A stretch of 64,000 bases of DNA, from NCBI RefSeq assembly GCF_964355755.1, contig NC_092676.1:27794871-27858870 (forward strand), read 5' to 3'. Below are positions 39,601 to 51,600 of this stretch, in pieces. The DNA is from Antedon mediterranea. Taxonomy: Eukaryota > Animalia > Echinodermata. The notes below the pieces were generated by a model. It had not been told where the DNA came from, made no database searches, and saw only the letters and a list, made by a program, of their open reading frames with translations. Numbering within the stretch: position 1 is the first letter of the stretch; each line of letters begins with the position of its first letter. Both the position numbers and the translations under genes were made by a program.

Positions 39601-42600
39601 TACCCTACGCCTATTACTTGATAAATAATTTGTTTGCAGTGTCTAAAGCTCTGTCTACACTATCAAACTAGTTTGATAAAAAAGTGTGATGTGCCCAAAT
39701 ATGGTAGTGATATTCCAAATATAGTAGTGATATGACATCATCATGTCCATATATTATGGGCACATCACATTTTTTGTGAGCTTTAGACAAATTATGTAAT
39801 ACAGATTCACATAATAATAAAAAAACTGTGTGACACTGTATTACAGAAATTTCCCATGATACTCTATGAACTGGTAAATTCCATGTGAAGATACAGACAG
39901 AGAATATTAATATTGACATGCTCGCTGTGTCTTCTTTATCCTTGGTTCTTTCTTTCACACCATGTAGGCCAAGTTCTCAGCAAGAAAACCGTTTATAGAA
40001 TTAATGTAGGATTAGAGCGGCTATTAGTGGCTTGGAAGGCGGACGCCTTAATGTTGTCAGGTTGATTTTAGACTAATACCCTAGCCTAAAATCAACAATT
40101 CATCTAATATTTAATATTTATACATCCTGAAATATTCATTAATGGATTACATTTAACTTTTACTCCTGAAGCCGATACCTTAATACATTAAACTTGATCC
40201 AAATTCATGAATTCACATTACATGACTGATATTAATAACAATATTGATGAGTAATTGTCATTTTAAAAATGTGTTATACAAATTATATTACAATATAGCA
40301 CTGTAACAAATACATTAATGTTTGTTTTAATTAGTTCAACATAGTATGTGATCATCTCAAATTTATTTTTATTTATTTATTTTATGTCTTTAGGCAATGT
40401 GGCCAAGGATTACCAATAGTGAATTAATCACTGTCCTATCAGATAGGTGGTAATCCCCCTGATACAGGGGCTATTGTGTGAACCAGTTGACCGGGGTAAC
40501 CCCCTACTCTTTTTTGAATAATGAACTGGGTTCTTTAAAGTACACACAGGTTATAACTGTGCACACTGGACCTAAGGTTTATAGTCCTTATCCGAGAAGA
40601 CTTGTTCCACCACCAGAACTAGGAGCGAGTCGGCCTCGAACCCTTGCCGATGTTGTTGTTGGCTCTTTAGGTACGGTAAACGGCGCCCCTGTCTTAACCG
40701 CTCGGTCATATGACTCGCTATTCTACTGCAGTTACTGCAGTAATTACGTTTACTGTATAATAACGTGATGATGTTAGTTTGGTTTCAATGTATAAGTTTA
40801 TGAATATTGTGTACCCCCAACAATCCTTGTTAATAATAATATTAATAGTTCGTTCTTATATAGCGCATTATTATAAGCAAGCTCTCAATGCGCTGTACAC
40901 AAATTAAAATAATTAATTAATTATTAATAATAATTAATAATTATTGTACAAACAGGTTAAAGTTATTTTCCTCATCCGTACTACCTATCTGTAATTTTTA
41001 TTATAAATATGATAATGTATTATTGCAATTATGATAAATACTTTAATTTATTTTAGAGACCAATTGACTGAAAAATTGTCTTGTGCATGTATTTATGAGA
41101 AAGCCAAACCATATCGGGTGAATTCTATTATCAAAATTGCTCTTATAATATATTCAGAAAATAAAGCACGTAGAAATAACAAAATAATCATGTGCATTCG
41201 TTAAGTACTCAGCTCACGATCGGCATTATACTTTAGTATACAGTTTTCTAGCTCAATCCTTCAAATGGAACCCATCGGCTATTCTTAAAATATTTTAACC
41301 CTACTGTTTGTAGCGTTTGTAAGCAGATATCTGATTATATAATTTGGAATCCCACAAAATTGAAACAAAATCATTTAATCAATTACCGTACATTTTAAAT
41401 CCTTTAAATGAGCAGTTAATGTGAATTTATTTATTTAGGTTCCTATTTATTATTCTCGATTCTAGATTGAATTAAAATTCCGAACATTCATGACCATAGA
41501 ATGGACAACATGTGTAAATATCAATTTCGTTATTGTGTAGGCCTACATTATAGTTTACTGTACTAGGGAAGATTCCCGCTTCCAAGCCCACTCGCCAGTC
41601 GGTTTCTATAGTTTTAAAACCTTTCCTATGTAGGCCTACAATTCCGTTATTTTGATACCCATGTGTATCAATGACTGCCGCAGTTGGCAAATATTTTTGT
41701 GTGACGAACAACCGTACATAATGTACGGTACGTTTACTCCATGCCAAATGGTTTTTTAACGCGTTGGACCCTATGACGTAACGCAATGACGTATTACGCT
41801 CAACGCAAGTATTGTGTAACGAACAACCGTACATAATGTACGTTTACTCCATGCAACACGATCGTTTAACGCATTGGACCCTATGACGTAACGCAATGAC
41901 GTTTTACGCACAACGCAAGTATTGTGTAACGAACAACCGTACATAATGTACGTTTACTCCATGCCAAACGGTTGTTTAACGCGTTAGACCCTATGACGTA
42001 ACGCAATGACGTATTACGCTCAACTCAAGTAATTGACCAATCATTAACAAACAGTTCAGAGGTTTCTTTCTTATTCTTTGTATGCGTGTACCTTATTACA
42101 TCCTTGTTGTAGTATAAATCAAATTTAACGTGAGGTATAATTCCCCAAAAGAAAACCGTGAATATGTTTAATGCATCCGCCTCCGTCGTCTTACTTTATG
42201 AATATATTTATAGATCCGGCTATATTCTGTCTATTTTAATTTCGGCGTATAAATCTTTCGATTTTTTACTTACACTAAATCTAATACCGGTAGTAAGTTT
42301 ACAATAGTGTTCATTATTCTTTATTATTCTACAGCTTTATTAAAACAATATTAAATATAGCATTGCTTCTATCGGTTTCAACTTTTATGTATTTTAATTT
42401 TGTCAGTGTATGTACAGTAACGGCCGGCGTCGTATTTTTAGACTTATTTCTTGGTGCCAACCTCACTATAAAGCTCTGTTTACACTATCAAACTTTATGT
42501 AACAAAGGAATGTGATGTGCCCATATATAGAAAAGGTGATGTCATAACACTACCATATTTAAGCATATTAGTACCATATTTGGGCACATCACACTTTTTT

Positions 42601-45600
42601 TTGTCAAACTAGTTGGATAGAGACAGGGCTTAATAGTAAAATCAAATAAGGTGTCGATAAACAGTGACAAAAAACTCATTAAATCTTTTTTTTTCGTTAT
42701 GAAAATGTTGTGGCAATACATTAATAATTGACGTGAATAAACATTAACTGAAGTCACATAAATAATAATAGATTATAACGGATTAGGCTCCTATACCAAT
42801 AATCAAATCGTCACACTTTAAACCATATGTTCTGAATTTTATGTCCGTGAAATTTAGCATTCGACACGATGATATTATTGTTATGCAATTCACCGTAATT
42901 TTTGATGCATTTTATATTAGTAACATATGATTATGTTACTACGATATTTTAACCATAACACCCAGTTTTCCTTCTCTTTATTTATTCGTATCTTCAGAAA
43001 GAAGCTATATACATTTTGTTTTTTAGTTGCCCGGATTCAACGCAATTATAAAAATAAGTCACTGTTTTTATGATCCTAAATTTGCATATGAGACAACGAT
43101 ATGATGATGGTTGTCTTTCCCCGTGGCAACAGTAAATGTCAGTTCGGACGCGATAATCAATAAGTTTATGTTTACTATGGCAAGGCATTGTCGTCTTAAA
43201 TTGTAGCAGTATATTACGGATTCTGGATTTGAATTGATTATACAAGTCATAGTAGCATACTGGATTCAGAAGGCCTAGTAACATTGCTTCTGTAAATATT
43301 GACCTGTTATTTATAACTGGATAATAATCACGTGACGCAAGAAGTACGATAATTGCATATTTCTTAATATTATAAAATCTTCTAAATCCTTTAATCAATT
43401 TCATCATCATTATAATTACCAATATTTAACATTATTATAATATTATTTTGAATAAATTTATGTGTAAATATGTGTTTCCATGTTGGACAAAGTCTTTGTA
43501 TAATTGTGGTTTGTTTATTCCAATTAAGCCCACGAACGAACAAATGAAAACAGAAAAAAAGTTGGTCTTTTTGTATTATTGGGATGCCCATTTCTTATTT
43601 TATTATCAAAAATATTTAGCTGATATTTCTATAACTTATTTATATATTTATTTATTTATTTAAAAACATATTTATATAGAAAAAACCCCCATATTAGACA
43701 TAGATACTGAACCTGTTTTACATAATCATGTTTTTTAGAGCAATAGATTAGAAAATATTCATAAAAAGACATTAAAACGTACTAATAAAACTGTAAAATT
43801 CACAATGGAAAGACAAACAAATATTGTTCAACACACAATTATGTGTTCGTCTAACTTCCAGCAGTCACACAGTTGGTTTCTCTTTAGAGAAGATTCTATG
43901 CAAAAGGTCTTTAATTGGAGGGGATCTATTAAATAAACAATATTAACAATATAAATATTACGATGGCATGATTAAAACATTTGATTCCATAAGCGTTTAG
44001 TATTATGTTTTGTAAATTGCAATACAGTTGCCACTAGTATTCAATAATTATAATAATAAGCATTTGCTTTCAAGCTGTTACAATTTATTTGCGCTTCTGT
44101 TACTCAGGTGAGTCAGTTTGGCAGTTGATGTTTATTATTGTTCTTTGTTTTGTAGAGAGATCTACGAGTTAAAGACGAGATGTATTTGCTTGTGGTTGGA
44201 TACTATGAATATCTGTGGGTTCGTAAGAAAGGCGTTACCGACGACAGTATGTTTAATAAACTCCCTTTGACATTTCATGCAGAAGTGTCACTCAGTGCCA
44301 ATAAGTATATACTTGATAAGGTGGGTATTATAGTTGTTACGTAATACATAACTATATATGTTATAGTGTGTAGTATCACCATCATCGTCATTGTCGTCAT
44401 CATCATCGTCATCATCATGATCATTATCATCGTCATCATCATCGTCGTCATCGTCATCATCTTTCATGGTCATCGTTATCATCATCGTTATCATCATCAT
44501 CATCAATATCATCATCATACATCATCATCGTCGTCATCATCATCATCATCCATCATTATCATACATCATCGTCGTCATCATCATCACCATCGTTATCATC
44601 ATCATCACATTGTCATCGTTATCCTCATCATTGTTATCATCATCATCACTATCTATACCATAATCATGACATAATCATTCTTAGTATTATCTACACATAT
44701 CAGAAATAATACATTTTACAAACAATATTTTAAAAGAATATAGATGTTCTTTTAATGAAGACACTTACGAAACGTAGACCCTAAATATGAATCACGTTCG
44801 TAATATGTTACAACATGTACACCAACATTATTTCTATTCTCTCCAGAGATTAACAGTAGCATAACTTACTGTAATCAAACCCAACCAAGTCTGTCCTAAT
44901 CTCCGTGGAAATCATAATATGTCATATTTCATTTTTTTATATTATAGGCTCCTATGTTACAGAAGTCATATTTTATTTGTTTATATTATAGGCTCCTATG
45001 TTCCAGAAGTCAAATTGTATTGTTTTATATTATAGGCTCCTTTGTTCCAGATGTCATATTTTATTTTTTATATTGTAGGCTCCTATGTTCCAGAACCTTA
45101 GTGAAGGATTCCTTCGAATGCTCTCGTTGGAGATAAAACCATCACTTTATCTACCGAACCAAATGATCGCTATGCGCAACGAGATTTGTCACACTATGTT
45201 CTTCATTCATCGAGGAGAGGCCGAGGTATTACGTCACTCATATCACTTTATGAAATTGTTATATTGTTATTGTTAAGGTTTTATTAAGATGTTAAAGGCA
45301 AAGATAGAAACTATAAACACAAGTAAAATGGATACAAAATAAACTATTACAATTTTGCGTAAAGCTCTGTCTACACTATCAAACTTTATGTGACAAAAAA
45401 TGTGATGTGTCCATATATGGACATGATGATGTCATATCACTACCGTATTTGAGCATATCGCTACCATATTTGGGCACAACACACTATTTTTTGAAACTTA
45501 GTTTGATAGTGTAGACAGAGTTAGAAGCAACAATAGATAATGGACAAGAAAACATCAACCCGGAATCTGAATAATGTTCATGTTATAAAATAATTATCTA

Positions 45601-48600
45601 TTATATGAGAACAACATCGAATAACTAACGATTTAAAAATTAGGACGTTTAAATAAATAACACAATTGTATTTAGATTTTGAAACATTTTAGCATGCTAA
45701 GTTCTGAAATTTACGTAATGGTGGTTACGTTTTTAGTAGATTGACTCTATCATATTTGTTGTCAGTACCAATTACGTTAATTCAATCAATAATAATAATT
45801 GTTATCATCATTGTAACATATGTTAGAATTAGCCTATGAATTAATAGGTTCATGGAATTAGTAAAGAGCCAATAACAAAGCTTTAAAACTATACCAATGA
45901 TGTTTTCACAACAGATTACCATTATACATACGGTGTGTTTGAAATGGGGGTAAATATTATTTCACTCCATGCTATCTGTTTTTGCAGTAACCTTAAGAAT
46001 ATACTGAACTGCATATATAACCCAATATCGTCTGCCTGACAGTCTAGTTTCGAAACGTTATTCAAGCTGTGATTTCCCTTGCACTGTTAACTTTCAAATA
46101 TAAACTCACTTTGTTTCTGAAACAGTGACACACTGACTGCAGAAAAAAAATCAAGCGAAAATCGAGGCAAATTTAAGTTGTTTTGTAATGATCTATCGGT
46201 AATCCTATCCGCCACTCAATTCCACTGTACGTACAAATTAAGTTTTGTGAACGGTAAACGAAACACAGCGTCACGGAAGACTGATGATTGAGCGCGTTCA
46301 TTCGTCGTGTTTACTTTTTAACTTGCTTGACATGAGAATATATATTATAGCATTACATCTTTTAAAATGTATAGTGAGCCTACAGTATATTCGAATTAAG
46401 TCAAAATAAATTGTAGTTATTACATTTTTAACTATTTATTTCGAAAGAGTAATCAATAATCGGGTAAAAGGGGCGCGGGTTAAAGTTTTCTAATTAGTTT
46501 AAAATAGAGGGCGTGATTTTTATCTTCAGATTTTCAGACGTGACGTACAGTATAATTGATCAAATAAATACGGTGGGGAGTTTGAAGTTTCTATAAAAAC
46601 AATTAATTAGGTCTAGTTTATTTTGTTTGAATATAATGATTGGTAAGTTTATTCTGGTTAAGAAATATACAGATACCTTCTTGTTATCTCACGAAATACA
46701 AAAACGTATCACACTGACAGAAATGTCAGGCCACCTAGCCTACTAGACTAGGCCCTCCTGGGTTTTATTGTAGGAGAAGTACTGACTTAAAGGGATAGGA
46801 CCAGTCAGGTACCGGGCTTGAAGAGAGAGGGTTTTCCTGTTGCTCATAGATACTATACTAGCCTGGCTGTCCATTATGAAAATATAAACCTATAATATAA
46901 TCACACCAGTGCCTTCTAGAACGTAAACTACATTATTTTCAGTTATTTATAACTTCATAAATTAAGTTAACTGACTGGAATGTTTAAAGTCTTAAGGTCA
47001 AACATCTGACCTTTTGATGACATTCTCAGACTGGCTGTAATGTCAACCATCTTCTGTAATTACAGGTTCTTTCGCCGGAAGACGACGAAACAAGTATAAC
47101 TCGACTTCGCCATGGACGACTATTTGGGGAAGTGAGTAGCGGCATTGTTGATAGATGGCATACTTTCTTTAATGTCCTGGGTTCAAGTCATTATTGACGC
47201 TAATTATCGATCTTGGTCATCCCATCTGTCATTATTTATTTTTTCACTATATTTTTAGCTTTTACTTCATTTTATGTCATTTATCTTTTTTTTAATCTTT
47301 TTTTTATTCAATATATCACACAGAGGCGCCTCACAAGGTGGAAACACCTTATCTTCAAGGCGTCTGATTTTAAAACAAAAAACTAACAGAAACATCTATC
47401 AAATCTAACAGAATTAGCAAGAAATTGTTGTACATAATAAAACAATAAATCATTTTCACAATTTTGATAAAATATCGGATCCAAAAACAACAATTTCACT
47501 TTAAATTATACGTTAAACATCATTTATCTTTAGTTTCTTTAAAGCATTGGAAATCAAACCGATTTCTTTTTTTTCTAGGTCAATCTCATTTTCAGCATGC
47601 CTCGTACAAATGGCATCAGAGCCTCGGCACATTGCGACCTAATGGTACTCGACAGAGCAGACTTGCAAAACGTTCTTCATCACTACCCAGAAGGTACCCT
47701 CTTTAATTTTGTTTTATTTAGCATCTTATTCTAATAATTGTACAAATTGTCTCCTGTAGCTTACAAATAAAAAAGAGACTTAACTTGATATTTATAAAGC
47801 AGTGTTAATCTGTCAACCTGGATTAGGAAATTAAACACTACAAAGCTCTGTCTACACTATCAAACTAGTTTGACAAAAAAGTGTGATGTACCTAAATATG
47901 GTGGTGATATGACATCATCATGTCGATGGGCACATCACATGTGTTTGTCAAATAAAGTTTGATAGTGTGGACAGAGCTTTAGATTACTGTATTTCAGTAT
48001 TTTTAAATGACCAGGTTTAAAATGCATTTTTTTTTGGGAATGCTCATTGTTAAATTTTAAAGATACAACACTATTAAAATTTACCAAATGTATAAAGTAA
48101 CCTTGCTGTAGGCTCAATAATACGTGTACAAGTTCTCAATCGCTCACTATGAAAAATGATATACACTGACTCAGCTCACCTGCTATGAACTTGAGTATGA
48201 AAACCAGGGTGCGTTTCGTCGTCAGTTATTCACTGACATTTACTGTATTCATCATCATCATCTTGGAGCAAATTTCTTGATTGGACGTTGTATGTAATTT
48301 TATGAAGAGATGTATGGATTCGTTATGAAACATAAAAGGTGGCCAGAGCTGTTGAGTCATTTTGCAGAATATATAATTATTGCGAGAATGAAATGCGGAA
48401 TAAATGTGAAGGAAATGGGCTTTGTAGAAAATCAATTTTGTAAGCTATATGCATCAATGAAACCTATTTATGCTGAAAAATCACCATCTTGCAAAATAAA
48501 AAAGATGTAATAACTATCATTTGTTGTTCATTTAACTGAATACAAATTTTTTTTTTTAATTCATATTTTAAACATTCTTGCAAAAAAATTATTGTAAATT

Positions 48601-51600
48601 TTTACATTAAATTTTGGTCAAATTCATAACAGTCTCAACTGTGCTGTGAATATACTGTAAGAACAATTAACAAATACTGTATATAATATTGAAAACGTTT
48701 TAATAACCACTTTAAAATATTAATTATGAATAGATATTTATTTTATAAACCTTTTTAAAATCTTGTATAATAAATATTAAATGCTACCTATTTATGATTT
48801 AAAATAAAATTTGTACTAATATTTTTCTTTTAGCCCACAGTAAAATAAGATTAAGAAATTAATTTATAACATAAAAACCTAATTAAAAAGATAATATAGT
48901 AATATTAAATGCTACCTTTTTAGATTAATTTATAATACAGATACCTTTTCAAAAATGTACTATTTATAATAATATTCAATGCTAACTTTTTAAATTAATT
49001 TATAATATAGAAACCTTTGTAATATAGTAATTGTAATATAGTAATATTAATACTACCTTTTAAAATTATTTTAATATTAACACATTTTTAACAATGCAGT
49101 ATAATAGTAATCCTACATTTTTAAATTTCAATATTTTTTATCAAAGATTGAATGGATATAGCATCTGGAATCTTAAAAGAACTAAATATATACAGTTTAC
49201 TTTCTTTTAGACCATTGAGAAACAGAATAATCTTTTATTCATTGAATTTATAAATTTAGATTGAAATAGAACCTTTTCTTTCTATCATGTAAAGTTGTGA
49301 AGAATTTCATCTTAAAGATGGTGTGAAATTAATTATAAATTGGCACACTTGATTGGACATAGACTCTAAAATGTCAGATTCCGGCACATATACATTCTTC
49401 TGTAATAAATTGTCGTACGGCTTTCTGAGAGGTTGAGGACAATTATAGCTTCAACACATTTTACAAGCCTTTAATATCTGCTTGGATTTCCAGGTATAAC
49501 TTTTGATTATGGTATGATTGATTTGTGAATGAAATCACAACTTCTGTGCAATGATATTCTATGTTTTAAGATATAGTGTTTAATGTTATCTTTTATTGGC
49601 TTTTTGTTGATTATAATGATACATATCTATATAGTCCATGTATTGTGTGGTTTATTTAAATGATTTTTATATATAGATTTTATGACAATTTCTGAATAAT
49701 GATCTTATTTTTACTATAAAAAAATGAATATGGCAAGAAATATATTATAGATATCTTGTACTGGAACATTTTTATGCCATCCTACTATTAGTTATATGGA
49801 ATACCATATGACACAAAAACCAACTTGTTACTTATCAAATTGTATTGTTCTGAGGGTCCCTAATGATCAGCTTCAGCTGGATGGACCACCCTCTTTAAAT
49901 ATTGTTGAAATAAAATAATTAAAATTTACTTTTTTTATTTTCTTTTCAATCCAATTTTTGGTCAAAGTGGATAACTATTAGATGACTTTAAAATGGCATA
50001 TTCAAAACAAAAAATAAAAATAGTTTTCTAGGGAGACAATACATCTTTAATATATACAGTATTATGATTTATACTATTCCATAATAATAGTAATAATGTG
50101 CTTCTAGATATGAACTACTTGTCATATAAAGATTACATTTTTTAGACTTCCTACTTAAACGTATTAGTTTGAATGATACAAAAATTACAGAATAAATGTG
50201 CCAGAATTACGTATATCTACTTAAAGATTCAGATTCACTTTATAGCAGTGTAGCCTCAATACACTAAACATTATGAAGTGATCAGAATGTTACCAAAAGA
50301 AAAGAAGATCAGATTCACTTTATAGCAGTGTAGCCTCAATACACATTATGAAGTGAGTGATCAGAATGAAAAATTGTTACCAAAAGAAAAGAAGATAATT
50401 GTCACTATTAAATAGAAAAATTGAAAACAAAATTAAATTATGTTTAATTTAATACTAAAAAAATGAAATTCAATATTCAATGTCAAACAAAAGCAGCAAT
50501 TTTATTTTCTCCAATCTGCTAATGTTTATAAACTCTCCTGTAAATATATTAAATTAGTAGACTCAATACACTAAACATCTGAGGTGAGCAGAATGGAAAA
50601 AGTTGTTACCAAAAAATAACAACTATTAAACAGAAAAATTGGAAACAAAATTAAATTATTTTATAAATACTCCTTGAGTGAAAACAAATTTAATATTAAA
50701 TGTTGAACGACAGCAATTTTGTTTTCTTTAATCTGCTCAATTGTTTATATACTTAAAGCGTATCAGCTTATTTCAATATATCAAGTAAATAGATTAAATT
50801 ATTATATTTATTATATTATATTAGTATAATGAAGGTATTATAGCATGATAATAATAATATATAATGATAAATCCAAAGTAAAATTACTGAACAAATGACA
50901 ATGCTGTGGGTATCAGTGGCTGGATCGCAATGGAGATACAAGATAAAATAAGCAATGAAAAAAGTGACAATGCTGTGAGTATTATTAGTGGCTGGATCTC
51001 AATGGAGATACAAAATAAAATAAGCAATGAAAAAATGACAATGATGTGGGTAATAGTGGCTGGATCTCAATGGTGATACAAAATAAAATAAGGAAAAAGC
51101 TAAATTAAAACGATAAAGTGAAACAGCCAGAAAAATAGGTAAACATTTTGACAACACTAGCCCTTCATCAGTGCAAGTCAGAGTACTTGGACAAAATTGA
51201 GAATGATATCAATTTTTTTACAGACCGTGTAGAAAAATAAGCATTTTCCAGACCTACAGTATTTGTTCTACAATATCCACCAGAAAAAATGTACAAAATA
51301 TTAATGTGATTAAAATGTTATAATATTATTTGTATTAACATAGCAACCTTTAATTTCACTTTTCCTCCTACACACACATTTACATAATTTATTTCCTGTT
51401 CATAATTATGAAAAATGTGTTATAAAATATCTAATATATTATTATTGTAAATGATGATAAAACAACATGATGGAAGCTACTTGAGTGTATAGGAATAGAA
51501 GTATCAATTACACTGTAACATCGTACAATAGCAAACTACCTATTCCTTTTATGTATGAAATTTCTCTACTACATTAATGGACCATAGATATTCTGATGGT

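Noticed and set aside
40625-40718. Functional tRNA gene
   Set aside because: T-stem and anticodon arm do not fold; continues into a SINE body and tail
42994-43422. 142-aa minus-strand ORF
   Set aside because: Non-ATG start, no recognisable motif or flanking splice structure; more likely non-coding
47464-47706. 80-aa ORF listed over exon 8
   Set aside because: Alternative frame; the CNBD motif is in a different frame (VNLIFSMPRT)
48166-48262. C/D-box snoRNA-like ATGATGA...CTGA on the minus strand
   Set aside because: The C box is part of a (GAT)n run; no terminal stem or recognisable rRNA guide
51138-51173. Minus-strand CTGATGA...GTCAAAA resembling a Penelope-type hammerhead ribozyme
   Set aside because: GAAA core is absent and stem II pairs poorly; at most a decayed remnant
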